Shown one piece after another: positions 7,716 to 17,075 of a stretch of 36,068 bases of DNA. This DNA comes from a virus (lineage: Duplodnaviria > Caudoviricetes). Made by a program: the position numbers and the translations under genes. The first letter of the stretch is position 1. Each line of letters opens with the position of its first letter. The DNA lies in IMG/VR virus record IMGVR_UViG_3300027659_000102, positions 1 through 36,068 of that record, one strand, 5' to 3'. The notes below the pieces were generated by a model, which was given only the letters and a program-made list of their open reading frames with translations, was not told where the DNA came from and made no database searches.

Positions 7716-10700
7716 TAAAATCTCCTAGAATTCTTTTTGCGATTTGCTTCAATCATTGCACTTATGGAATTTCCATCAGCGTGCAAAACACCATGCACAT
7801 CAACTTTTGTATTGCGAGTAATTTGCACACCAAGATTTTCAGTCACTTGTTTCAACTGTCGAATTTCATGCACCAATTGACCATCCTCACTTACTGATGT
7901 ATGTGACATTTGCATTCTGTAAAATTCCCTAATTGGCAAACCTGTCTCATTCATCCATTTCAATTCATCAACATTGTTTTTCGTGGCACGGGCTGTGATA
8001 ACTGATTCACCTTTTGAGAGCCATGCGGGAATGCTGTCCGATGTTTCCGTGCCATCACCTTCCAACGATACAACACCATCTTTGAATCCTGCTGCTGATT
8101 GTGCTGCTGCAAATAATCCATACAATGCACCTGTCAATACACCTGCTGTTGCAATACCTGCCAATCCCATCTTTGATACCTCTGTTCCAAATATTGATGC
8201 TACCCAAATTGGTATCTGTTTCTGCAATAATTCAAATGCAATTTGCAATGTCACTTTTCCAACATCTGCCAATGTTGCTTTTCCTGATGCTGCCAAAACA
8301 GACAATTGTGTGATTGCTTTGCCTGCATATTCTTCCAATATGGATGTCCTGAATCCATAGACATCTTCATCATTCTTTGCTGCCTCTGCCTGTGCTTTGT
8401 TCAAATCAGTTTGTGCTTTTGCAAATTGATCCAATGTTCCTTTTCCTTCCAATTCTGCCAATGCTTTTCTTGCTTCAGAAACTTTTGCATCAAGAGCAAT
8501 TTGCTTTTGCGCTCTTTCATTTGCGGATGCTGTCAACTTATTGCCTTGATCTGTCAAGATTGTTGACAATGCTTTGTCACCTGCAAGTTTCAAATCTTTC
8601 AAAAGAGAATCACCAAGTTTTTCCTGTTCCAATCCTGCATCAATTCTTTTCTGTTGAATCTCTGCAATCTTTGCTTGGTATTCTTCAAACGATATTGACC
8701 TGTCTGCCAATGATTTTTCAAGGTCTGATTCTTCATCCTGCAATGCCTTTTGTTTTTCCTCCCTTAATGCTCTGCCCGCCTCTCTTTCTTCAATCAATCT
8801 ACCAATGTTGAACTGCTCCATCATGGATGTTTGCAGTGCCATTTGCACACCATACAAGATGTTGTTTTGCCTGTCAAATTCTTCCTGCAATCTTGCTTTT
8901 TCAATTAGGTATGCTGTCTCTAATTCTTCGAGCTTTGTATAGTTCCCTTCATTTGCTTTTCTCTCTGCATCAAATTTCACACGCAAATCAAATAGTGCCA
9001 AATCCAAACGCCTTTTGTCTGCATCTGTTTGCCTTTCAATCTTGACTCTTTCAATGATGTCTGCTGATTGCGTTTCGATTGTTTCTCTTTGCTTGACATT
9101 ATCTTCCAACAACTTTTGAATTTCTATCTTTTGCTTTTCATCTGCATTCACTGCAATGGCATTCAATTCATTGTAGGTATTTTGCAATCTTGCTTTCAAT
9201 TCATCAACCTCTGATTCAAATTCAGCATCAGTGATTTTGAATGCAAATGTTGTTGTAAGTTTTTCAGGCACTGCCTTTTTCAAATCATCAGATTGTTTTT
9301 TCAATCTTTCAAATTCAGATTTGAATGCCTCTGCTGTTGATGTTGCTGAAATCTTATTCAATTGCAATCCAACATCTGTGATTCTCTTTTGCAAATCAGT
9401 ATAGTATTTTGCTGCCTTTTCTCTTTCCTGTTCATTCCCTTTGATTCTTGCAATTGTTTTTCCATCTGCTGTTGTTTCAATGTTTGCAAGGTCGTTCAAG
9501 TTCTTTGTTGTTTCACCAAAATATGTCACCTGTTGCCTTTGCACTGATAGCAACAATTCAAGTCTTTGCCTTTCCTCTTCCAACATTTCCTTTTTCTTAT
9601 CAATGGAAATATCTGTCAATCCTTGGTCAACTGCTTCCTGCTTTGCTGTTTGTTCTTTTGTTGCCTGCAGTCTTTTTTCTTCATTCACCAAATCTTCAAT
9701 GGCTGCCAATTCTTTATTCTTGCTATCACTCTTTTTCTTTGTGTTCAAATCGGTATTCTTTGTTGTATCATCATCAGAATTTTTCACAACGGTATTTGTT
9801 TCAACCGCCTTCTTTTTGTAGAAATCTAAATATGCTGCTGATTGCTGTGCTGCATTGCGAATTGTTGCAACAAATTGATTTTTCTTTTCTGCACTTCCAA
9901 AACCTGCTTCACCTAATCTATTTGCAATGCCTACTAATTTCAGTGTTGCTGAATCAATTTCTGCTGTTGATTTTGCGCCAAATATTTCATTCTTGAATTT
10001 TTCAACTTCATCTGTTAGGGCTGTTGCACCACCTACTAAATTGGTTGTTGAATCGTACAAATCTGTCAAAGCCAAATCCCTTTTGCCCCTGATTATTTCC
10101 CTTGATGCTCTTGCAAATTCTTTTTCTAATTGCACACTTTGGTCGCGCAATTTCCCCAATGTTGCTGTTGATGTTTTCCCTATCTGTTCAACACCTGATA
10201 AATTTTCTTTGTAGGATTTTGTGGCATCAATCAACTTTGGATATTTTTCTTCCAACTTGGATTGAATTTCCTGCATCCTTTTTTGTTCATCAGCACTTAG
10301 TTTTGTTTTGCCCGCTAATGTTTGGAATTCATTGACAAGTGATTGTGTCTGAATTTCGCCCTGTTGCATTTCCTTATTCATCTGCTGTTGCGTTTCAATA
10401 TTCTTTTGCTGTGCTTCTGCATTTGATATTGTTTCTTCTGCAGATACATTCATGGCATCAGCAATTGCAACAATACCAACAACGGCTGCTGCTGCTGCTG
10501 CTGCAATCAAGAATATAGGATTTGCAAGTAATGATGCTGTGAATGTAATCACTGCAGAATTTGCAAGAAATGTTGAAAGTGAAAACGCTTGGAATCCCGC
10601 TGATGATGTGAATGCTGCAATGCCCGCTGCTGCCAATCCAACTGCAATTGGTGAAAGGACTGTTGCAATGGTTGCAAAGTTATCAAAGACAAATTTCACA

Positions 10701-11848
10701 ATTGGTGTCAATGCTTGGAATGCCTTAATCAATCCGACTTCAATCGCTGCCTTAACTTTTTCAAATCGTGATGCCAATGTGTCTTGATTGATTGCTGCCT
10801 GCACTGTTGCTTCATTCGTACCCGTCACACCCTCTGTGAACAATTTAATATTGTCAACTTGATCCAAAAGAATCCCCGCTGCACTTGCATTTTCTGCACC
10901 AAATAATTTTCCCGCTGCTGCTGCTCTTTCTGCAGGATTTTTGATTTGATCCAATCCACCTTTCAACATTTCCAATGCTGATGCAAGACCGCCACCATCT
11001 TCTGCCGATGTTGTCAATGTATTGCCAAGTTTTTCATATGACAATCCAACCTTTGCCAAAACCCCCTCTTGCTCTTTTCCACCATCAATCAATTTTCCAA
11101 TAACATTTCTAAGTGCAACACCCGCTTCACTTCCAACTTTGCCACCAACTGCAAGACCTTGAATCGCTGCGTTAGTTTCTTCAAATGACAAGCCCGCGCC
11201 TTTTGCAGCAACACCCGCTTGCAATATGGCTTCTGATACCTGTGGAATTTCCGCTGCACCAACCTTTGCCGATGCTGCCAAAACATTGATGAATCTTCCT
11301 GATTCCTGTGCCAATTTTGCAGGGTCTGATGCATCAACACCAAATTGCAACATGGCATTTGACAAAGCATCAACTGATTGCTTTGCATCCAATCCTGCTG
11401 CTTTGCCAAGTACATTCACTGATTCAGCAACAGTTCCAAGTGCTTCAGGTGTCTTTGCCAAATCAGGCCCAAATTTTGAAAGGACTGTTTGGAACGCTTC
11501 CAATTGTGTCGTGGCGCTTCCACCAAATTGCAATGCCAAATCCTGTGCCCTTGTACCTAAATCATCAAGGCCTGCACCCGTCACACCTGTCACAGCGGAA
11601 ACGGATTGCAATGCCTTTTCAAAATTGTTTCCTGCATCAATTGCTGCTGTCACTCCCTCTTGCAAAACACCTGCAACTTGACCGCCAATGTTAGCCAATG
11701 CACCACCTGCAAATGCACCTTTGAAAACATCACTGAATTGTGACTGTGCTTCTGATGCAGATTTTGTTGCCATCTGCACAACATCTTTGAATCCATCTTC
11801 TGCATCTTTGGTATCAACACCAACTTTCATTGTTATGTCATTTGCCAT
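7715..11848 (-). CDS. Tail tape measure protein (TP901-type core)
   Basis: 1377 aa; FEKALQSVSAVTG, GSEAGVALRN and KLFGAENA core motifs; hydrophobic segments and long helical regions; follows the chaperone genes. Confidence 0.93.
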   Translation of the reverse strand: MANDITMKVGVDTKDAEDGFKDVVQMATKSASEAQSQFSDVFKGAFAGGALANIGGQVAGVLQEGVTAAIDAGNNFEKALQSVSAVTGVTGAGLDDLGTRAQDLALQFGGSATTQLEAFQTVLSKFGPDLAKTPEALGTVAESVNVLGKAAGLDAKQSVDALSNAMLQFGVDASDPAKLAQESGRFINVLAASAKVGAAEIPQVSEAILQAGVAAKGAGLSFEETNAAIQGLAVGGKVGSEAGVALRNVIGKLIDGGKEQEGVLAKVGLSYEKLGNTLTTSAEDGGGLASALEMLKGGLDQIKNPAERAAAAGKLFGAENASAAGILLDQVDNIKLFTEGVTGTNEATVQAAINQDTLASRFEKVKAAIEVGLIKAFQALTPIVKFVFDNFATIATVLSPIAVGLAAAGIAAFTSSAGFQAFSLSTFLANSAVITFTASLLANPIFLIAAAAAAAVVGIVAIADAMNVSAEETISNAEAQQKNIETQQQMNKEMQQGEIQTQSLVNEFQTLAGKTKLSADEQKRMQEIQSKLEEKYPKLIDATKSYKENLSGVEQIGKTSTATLGKLRDQSVQLEKEFARASREIIRGKRDLALTDLYDSTTNLVGGATALTDEVEKFKNEIFGAKSTAEIDSATLKLVGIANRLGEAGFGSAEKKNQFVATIRNAAQQSAAYLDFYKKKAVETNTVVKNSDDDTTKNTDLNTKKKSDSKNKELAAIEDLVNEEKRLQATKEQTAKQEAVDQGLTDISIDKKKEMLEEERQRLELLLSVQRQQVTYFGETTKNLNDLANIETTADGKTIARIKGNEQEREKAAKYYTDLQKRITDVGLQLNKISATSTAEAFKSEFERLKKQSDDLKKAVPEKLTTTFAFKITDAEFESEVDELKARLQNTYNELNAIAVNADEKQKIEIQKLLEDNVKQRETIETQSADIIERVKIERQTDADKRRLDLALFDLRVKFDAERKANEGNYTKLEELETAYLIEKARLQEEFDRQNNILYGVQMALQTSMMEQFNIGRLIEEREAGRALREEKQKALQDEESDLEKSLADRSISFEEYQAKIAEIQQKRIDAGLEQEKLGDSLLKDLKLAGDKALSTILTDQGNKLTASANERAQKQIALDAKVSEARKALAELEGKGTLDQFAKAQTDLNKAQAEAAKNDEDVYGFRTSILEEYAGKAITQLSVLAASGKATLADVGKVTLQIAFELLQKQIPIWVASIFGTEVSKMGLAGIATAGVLTGALYGLFAAAQSAAGFKDGVVSLEGDGTETSDSIPAWLSKGESVITARATKNNVDELKWMNETGLPIREFYRMQMSHTSVSEDGQLVHEIRQLKQVTENLGVQITRNTKVDVHGVLHADGNSISAMIEANRKKNSRRF

Positions 11849-11851
11849 TTG

Positions 11852-12133
11852 CTATCCTTTGTGGTTTCTTTCTTTGTGGTAAGTTAGATTCATTGCATAC
11901 AAACGAAACATTTGCAACCTGCTCACTTCATTCCAAAGGTGAGTGAATTCAACTGTGCTCCCATTTGCAATGTTTCGAAAAACAAAATATTCATCAATGA
12001 TTGATTCATCCAAATACCTCAATGCCAATGGTTCTTCATCCTGCACATACTTATCATCATCAGGGTCATTGAAAACAACCCATTCATTCAGCATCTCAAA
12101 TACTTGTTTTGATTCTGCCCAATACATTGCCAC
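11852..12133 (-). CDS. Tail assembly chaperone C-terminal extension (gpT-like), probably reached by frameshift
   Basis: Overlaps the 3' end of 12096..12608 in the +1/-2 frame; the frame opens right at a T6 run; immediately precedes the tape measure. Confidence 0.7.
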   Translation of the reverse strand: MAMYWAESKQVFEMLNEWVVFNDPDDDKYVQDEEPLALRYLDESIIDEYFVFRNIANGSTVEFTHLWNEVSRLQMFRLYAMNLTYHKERNHKG

Positions 12134-12608
12134 GAAAAAATTTCAATTGTTCAAGGATGGAATTCAAATCCTGCTCCTGCCAAAATTCAGATGATGATTC
12201 TGATTTGAGTGCTGCCAAGAATTCAGCATCAGGATATTGTGATTCAGCCTTTTTCCAATTGATACAAATTTTCAGCATGTTGAATATGATGCCAATGGTC
12301 TGTTCATTCAATGAAATATGTTCAAAGATATTTTCACGAATTGTCAATATCACTTCCGCAACAATTTCCTGCAATCTGAAATCATCTTTGACATTTGCCC
12401 ATGCGTTGGAACCTTCGAGCAAATTGATTTTGCCCTTGAAATAATCATCACCAAGAATTCTTTTTTGCAATAAAGATTCATAAGCGCTTTGTGCTCCCTG
12501 CGATCTTTCAAGTTCATTCAATAAAGGTGTGACTTCATTGTATAGTTTCTGTGACAAAATAGATTGCAATTCAATTTTGTATTCTTTGCCGTTGTAATAA
12601 ATAGTCAT
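12096..12608 (-). CDS. Tail assembly chaperone (gpG-like)
   Basis: Between the tail tube and tape measure genes; start moved to ATG 12608, downstream of the hairpin. Confidence 0.75.
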   Translation of the reverse strand: MTIYYNGKEYKIELQSILSQKLYNEVTPLLNELERSQGAQSAYESLLQKRILGDDYFKGKINLLEGSNAWANVKDDFRLQEIVAEVILTIRENIFEHISLNEQTIGIIFNMLKICINWKKAESQYPDAEFLAALKSESSSEFWQEQDLNSILEQLKFFRGNVLGRIKTSI

Positions 12609-12633
12609 AAAAGCCCTATAAATGCCCATGGTT

Positions 12634-12673
12634 AAACAAAACAAAAGGACAGGACACAATCTATGCCCTGTCC
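12634..12673 (-). terminator. Intrinsic terminator/attenuator after the major tail gene
   Basis: GGACAGGGCATA-GAT-TGTGTCCTGTCC followed by TTTTGTTTTGTTT. Confidence 0.75.
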
Positions 12674-12686
12674 ATATTTCAATCAA

Positions 12687-13256
12687 TTACGCTGATGCTG
12701 TGAGCCAAACTTCAACATATCCTCTGTCTTCAGGAATTGTCACAAATGTGGCAGGAGCCAATGTGACAAATTTGCTTTGGAATGCTGATGCAGGAACTGT
12801 CACAAATGAGTCATTGTTGACAATTTCGCCACCAACTTTTGGCTTGGTATATTTGCCTGATTCCATGTCGAACGCCCCAACATCCTGTGCCAATTTGCAA
12901 AGCATGATGACAACTTTTCTTTTGTTCTGATATTCAGGAACCGTGCCTGCATATTTTGCACCATAAGTGATTTTGCCAAGTGTTTGTGATGATGCTGTTG
13001 CTGAATTAAATTTGACCCCATCTTCATATTCGCCTGAATCTGATGCCGCCTGTGTTTGTGGTGCATAGTCAGTCAGAAATGCTGTGAGCTTAGGATCATC
13101 TTCATTTTGGTCAATTGTGAAATTTGTTCTTGTTACTGATGTTTTGATTTTCTTTGTCAATGAAACTAACGGGACCGTTGTGGTTGCCCATAATGGAACA
13201 CCATTTGATTCAAATGCTGTGAAGAAATCGGTATGATTTGCGCCACCTACTAACAT
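12687..13256 (-). CDS. Major tail (tube) protein
   Basis: 189 aa, T/A/S-rich; upstream of the chaperone and tape measure; followed by a terminator, as is common for high-copy structural genes. Confidence 0.7.
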   Translation of the reverse strand: MLVGGANHTDFFTAFESNGVPLWATTTVPLVSLTKKIKTSVTRTNFTIDQNEDDPKLTAFLTDYAPQTQAASDSGEYEDGVKFNSATASSQTLGKITYGAKYAGTVPEYQNKRKVVIMLCKLAQDVGAFDMESGKYTKPKVGGEIVNNDSFVTVPASAFQSKFVTLAPATFVTIPEDRGYVEVWLTASA

Positions 13257-13260
13257 AGTT

Positions 13261-13947
13261 TTATTCCTTGCTTAAGTGTGTAAATGTCTTTACTAAATAA
13301 TTCCAAACCCTTTGTGAGGGTTTTCTTGTATATTCTCGAATCAGCAATTTTGCGTTTCTCTCTGCCTTTGGATTGAATGAATCTTTTTCAATTGCATATC
13401 CATCATGAATCAAAATGATATTGGTATCATGAAACGGCAACTCATTTCCATTTGTTGTTGGTATCTCATGACATATCCCTTCCCAATTGATGCCTGAATT
13501 CCTTTTGAACAATCTACAATTGTGCAGTGCATATCTTTCACGAACATGTGCATTTTCAGGTTTGTCAAATGTAATTCCTGCAATTGATGTCCAACCTGCA
13601 ACAACACCTTCTGCATCCATTGACTTTATTTCATCAATCACATCATCAGGATGATTTGCAATATATTCATCAGAGTCAATATGCAAGACCCATTTTCCTG
13701 ATGCATGAAAATCCATCATATTTCTAATTGCACTGAAATCAAAGTCAATGCCATAATCCTTGTATTTATATTGCAATGTCACAATCTTTGGTGTGTCTGC
13801 AATCAATTCAAATTGTTCATCATATTCATCAACCTGTTGAATCATGCATGAAACAATCTGTGCATCTTTTGGCAATCTTGAAATCAGCATTGATAGATTG
13901 CATTCCTTTGGATGCATCACACAAACTGATAGCAATTGTTCTTTCAT
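13261..13947 (-). CDS. GT2-family glycosyltransferase inside the tail module
   Basis: FDFSAIRN, KWVLHIDSDE (DxD), RLFK..WEGICHE, ILIHDGY..KAERNAKLL: the motif set of SunS/beta-4-glucosyltransferase-like GT2 enzymes. Confidence 0.88.
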   Translation of the reverse strand: MKEQLLSVCVMHPKECNLSMLISRLPKDAQIVSCMIQQVDEYDEQFELIADTPKIVTLQYKYKDYGIDFDFSAIRNMMDFHASGKWVLHIDSDEYIANHPDDVIDEIKSMDAEGVVAGWTSIAGITFDKPENAHVRERYALHNCRLFKRNSGINWEGICHEIPTTNGNELPFHDTNIILIHDGYAIEKDSFNPKAERNAKLLIREYTRKPSQRVWNYLVKTFTHLSKE

Positions 13948-14405
13948 GAAATCCTTGTGTAAAAAATTCTGAATGTCATCAATGTCAATCCCTTTGTTTC
14001 ATCATCTGAAAATGTAACAGGTTCCGAGCCAATAAAGTGAACAGATGAAAATGTTGTTTGTTCATAATCAGATACATATTTTTCAACTTCCAAATCTGTC
14101 AAGCACCATTCAGCTTTTTCTGCCAAATCTTGCATGGCATATCTTAGTGATGCCTTGCCAAGTGTTGGTTGCTTCTTGACTGCATTTCCAAGCAAAAGAT
14201 AGATATCAATTTTGCCCAAATCGGAAACGGCTGACATATCTTCCAAAGACTCTGTGAATCTTTCATCAGTGCTTCCATAAATGCCTACATAATCAAAGCC
14301 ATATGATTCATATTTGTGCAATAGTATTTGTTCATATACTTTCACACCTGACATTGTATTCAATTGATTTGTTATGGCATCAGTTAAATGTTTTTCTCTT
14401 GACAT
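13944..14405 (-). CDS. Tail terminator/completion protein (putative)
   Basis: Position, size and the C-terminal LMTFRIFY strand; start moved to ATG 14405. Confidence 0.6.
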   Translation of the reverse strand: MSREKHLTDAITNQLNTMSGVKVYEQILLHKYESYGFDYVGIYGSTDERFTESLEDMSAVSDLGKIDIYLLLGNAVKKQPTLGKASLRYAMQDLAEKAEWCLTDLEVEKYVSDYEQTTFSSVHFIGSEPVTFSDDETKGLTLMTFRIFYTRIS

Positions 14406-14409
14406 GTTT

Positions 14410-15000
14410 TTAGTTCCGTGTTCTGTTTTGCAGTTCAATGATACCTTGGACAATTGCCTGTTTCATTTGCTTTTCAAATTTCGGTTGTCCATTCCTTTTG
14501 AAATCTTCAATCGCAGGTTTCCAATATGGTCTTGCTTTGATATTCACACCACCTTTATTTTCAATGGACAATGCAATCCTTTTGAAAAATGGTGCTTTTG
14601 TTTCCATGTATTTGCGCCAAAAGAATTGTGCCATCACATAAGTTTCTTTTTTCCTTTTGACTGATGATGCTCTTTTGATTGCATTGATGAATCCACCAAC
14701 TTCATGAATTTTTGCATAGGGAATTTTGCTTCCATATTCCAAAGTAAATTGGCTGCCTGATTGCGATGCCTTGTAAACATTGTTTTTATTATTCTTGATG
14801 AATGATTGAAACAAACCACCACTAACAGAAAACAAAGAATTTCCCGTATTGAAAACAGGCGCACGATTTGTTGCACCACCTGTTGCACCTTGATTCTTGA
14901 TAAACTTTGCAATGGACAATTGCATGAATGCAGGGAACTGTTGTAATTGGTCCGCAACAACAGGTCTGATGATATTTGTGATTTGTTCCTTTGAAAACAT
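14410..15000 (-). CDS. Virion morphogenesis protein (Mu gpG/HK97 gp10-like)
   Basis: EYGSKIPYAKIHEVGG and IKARPYWKPAI motifs. Confidence 0.82.
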   Translation of the reverse strand: MFSKEQITNIIRPVVADQLQQFPAFMQLSIAKFIKNQGATGGATNRAPVFNTGNSLFSVSGGLFQSFIKNNKNNVYKASQSGSQFTLEYGSKIPYAKIHEVGGFINAIKRASSVKRKKETYVMAQFFWRKYMETKAPFFKRIALSIENKGGVNIKARPYWKPAIEDFKRNGQPKFEKQMKQAIVQGIIELQNRTRN

Positions 15001-15626
15001 TAGACTGTTGCAATCCTGAATTTTTCAAAATGTCTTTGCCATTTGATGTCAGTGCTGATTGATGCATTGATGCTTTGACCTGCGCCACCTGTTGCAACAG
15101 AATTCAATCCAAACCAATTACCGCCTGTTGCTGAATTCTTGTATATCCATGATGCCATTTCCGTAATGCCTTGCAAAACATTATTTGGCATTGTTGAATC
15201 TGAATACCCTGTTGACAATGTTGCGCGGAACATCCCTGAATTGATACTCCTATATATCACGAAATTCAATCCATTGTCAGTACTGAATGCATAATTTTGA
15301 GCATTGACATTTGCATAGGTTGCAAATTCATCTGCCTTCCATTGCAATGCTGTCAGAGCCGTGTTTGCTGTGTAGGGTATATATTTCCACCTGTGCTCAC
15401 TTTCTAAGCCGTGGCGGGCTTGAGAATGCGTAAAAACATAATTTACCGATGATGCACGCAAGGGCTGACCACAATATGATTCAGCCTCTGCATAGCATAT
15501 ATCAAAAACATCATCAAACCATTCATACAATACGGCATCCTCTGATGATTGATCGCCTGATAATTCCAAATTATTGTATTGAAAGAATGATGCCTGCAAT
15601 CTTGGGTATGCCGTTGAATAACTCAT
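15000..15626 (-). CDS. Head-tail connector/adaptor
   Basis: AEAESYCGQPL, TGYS..MPNNVLQGITEMASWIYKN and C-terminal FEKFRI, typical of gp6/gp15-like adaptors. Confidence 0.8.
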   Translation of the reverse strand: MSYSTAYPRLQASFFQYNNLELSGDQSSEDAVLYEWFDDVFDICYAEAESYCGQPLRASSVNYVFTHSQARHGLESEHRWKYIPYTANTALTALQWKADEFATYANVNAQNYAFSTDNGLNFVIYRSINSGMFRATLSTGYSDSTMPNNVLQGITEMASWIYKNSATGGNWFGLNSVATGGAGQSINASISTDIKWQRHFEKFRIATV

Positions 15627-15796
15627 TTTGTATTTGCCTTTTTATCTGATGTTTTCTTTGTTGTTTCCGATGCCTTTGCATCCTCTCTCACTACATATCC
15701 ACGCTCTTCCAACTTGGCAAAATCTGCATCATTCAATTCCGTGATTCTGCCTTCATCCAAACCGCCAAATGCTCTTATCACTTTTGCATGTATCAT
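15623..15796 (-). CDS. Small capsid-associated protein, 57 aa
   Basis: Read manually: MIHAKVIRAFGGLDEGRITELNDADFAKLEERGYVVREDAKASETTKKTSDKKANTK; AAAGGA RBS; ATGA overlap with the connector gene. Confidence 0.8.
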   Translation of the reverse strand: MIHAKVIRAFGGLDEGRITELNDADFAKLEERGYVVREDAKASETTKKTSDKKANTK

Positions 15797-15810
15797 ATTT
15801 CATTCCTTTG

Positions 15811-15843
15811 AAAAATCGGATGCAAGACATTTGCCCTGCATCC
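15811..15843 (-). terminator. Intrinsic terminator/attenuator after the major capsid gene
   Basis: GGATGCAGGGC-AAAT-GTCTTGCATCC followed by GATTTTT. Confidence 0.7.
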
Positions 15844-15860
15844 TTTTCATTCATTCAAAA

Positions 15861-17075
15861 TTAGGTTGTTGATGTTTTGAGAACGCCGATTGCTGATGGT
15901 GCAGGGAATGCAATTCCAATTGATTCAGTGACCATGATTCCGCGTTGTTGTGTTCCACCAAGACCTGTTGCTGCAAAGTATTCTTTGTATTCATCAACTG
16001 TGATATCCTCACGAATACCAAGGATTGAATACTGTGAAAAATCTGCATAAACCGCTGATGCAACATTTGCTGCTGATGTCGCAAACAATGAATCAGGAAC
16101 AACATGCATTGGGCGACCTGTTGGTGTCACATAGGTATTGTTTTCAAGTGCTGTGAGTCCAATTGATGTCACTTCCAAAGGACGAATCATATCCCAAATA
16201 GGACGGCCATTTACTGCATCAGTTTCTTTCAAGAGGTAACCAAATACAGATTGTGGCACAACAAATACACCATTTGCACCAACACCTGAATTCACACCAA
16301 GGCGAAGATTGATTAAGTCCTTCCATGAGATATCTTCAAATGCATCTTTGCCTGAATTATTTGCACCGCCTTGTCTGATAACTGATGTACCTGAAAGGAT
16401 TGTGCAACCTGTGAATTCGGGTGCATTTCCTGTGCCCTTGAAAAACTGCTTATCCTCTGCTTCTGCAATTGCCTGTGCCAAACCTTGAATTGTGTAATCA
16501 AGGAATGCAGGTGTTGCATCACGCAATTGTTCATCAGACACAATACATCCACCAACAATTTTCTTGGCTGTGAGTGCTGTGCCTGTGTAGAAATTTGCAC
16601 TGTCTGTCAATGTGAGTGATGAACCTTCGGCAACAACGGCTGCACTGAATGCACCTGATGATGTGATGTTTTCTGTCTTGCCTCTCATTGGATAGATTTT
16701 TGCAAGTGCTCTTGCATATCCAAATCTATCAGCAAATGACATAATTTCTTCAACCCAAAATTGAGGAACCGCAAATCCACCCTGTGCATTTGTTCCTGTG
16801 TTGAAATTTGCTCTTGTCAAATACTTTTCATTTGCTCTGTTTGCAATATCTTCTGCAATACCCAATTTGCCTTTTGTCAATGCTGTGATGTATTCACCAA
16901 CAATGCGGGCTTGCTCATTCTTTGTGTCATGATCGGCTTTGACTTTTACATATCCAACTTGCGGTGCATTCATTGGATTCATGCTACGCACTCTTTCTGT
17001 TGCAATTTCATTTGCACGGGATTCAATCGCTTTTGTCAAATCCTCTTTTGTTGTTGTAATGATATTACTATTCAT
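15861..17075 (-). CDS. Major capsid protein, HK97 family
   Basis: GGFAVPQFWVEEI, VSDEQLRDA, EDKQFFKGTG, NGRPIW and YADFSQY motifs. Confidence 0.95.
   Translation of the reverse strand: MNSNIITTTKEDLTKAIESRANEIATERVRSMNPMNAPQVGYVKVKADHDTKNEQARIVGEYITALTKGKLGIAEDIANRANEKYLTRANFNTGTNAQGGFAVPQFWVEEIMSFADRFGYARALAKIYPMRGKTENITSSGAFSAAVVAEGSSLTLTDSANFYTGTALTAKKIVGGCIVSDEQLRDATPAFLDYTIQGLAQAIAEAEDKQFFKGTGNAPEFTGCTILSGTSVIRQGGANNSGKDAFEDISWKDLINLRLGVNSGVGANGVFVVPQSVFGYLLKETDAVNGRPIWDMIRPLEVTSIGLTALENNTYVTPTGRPMHVVPDSLFATSAANVASAVYADFSQYSILGIREDITVDEYKEYFAATGLGGTQQRGIMVTESIGIAFPAPSAIGVLKTSTT

Noticed and set aside
10485-10505. GCA trinucleotide run
   Set aside because: It encodes poly-Ala in a hydrophobic segment of the tape measure protein; ordinary.
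7974-11882. Many plus-strand ORFs of 60-180 aa here and elsewhere in the ORF track
   Set aside because: They are antisense shadows of long minus-strand genes with no recognisable motifs; sparse TTA/CTA codons leave the opposite strand open.
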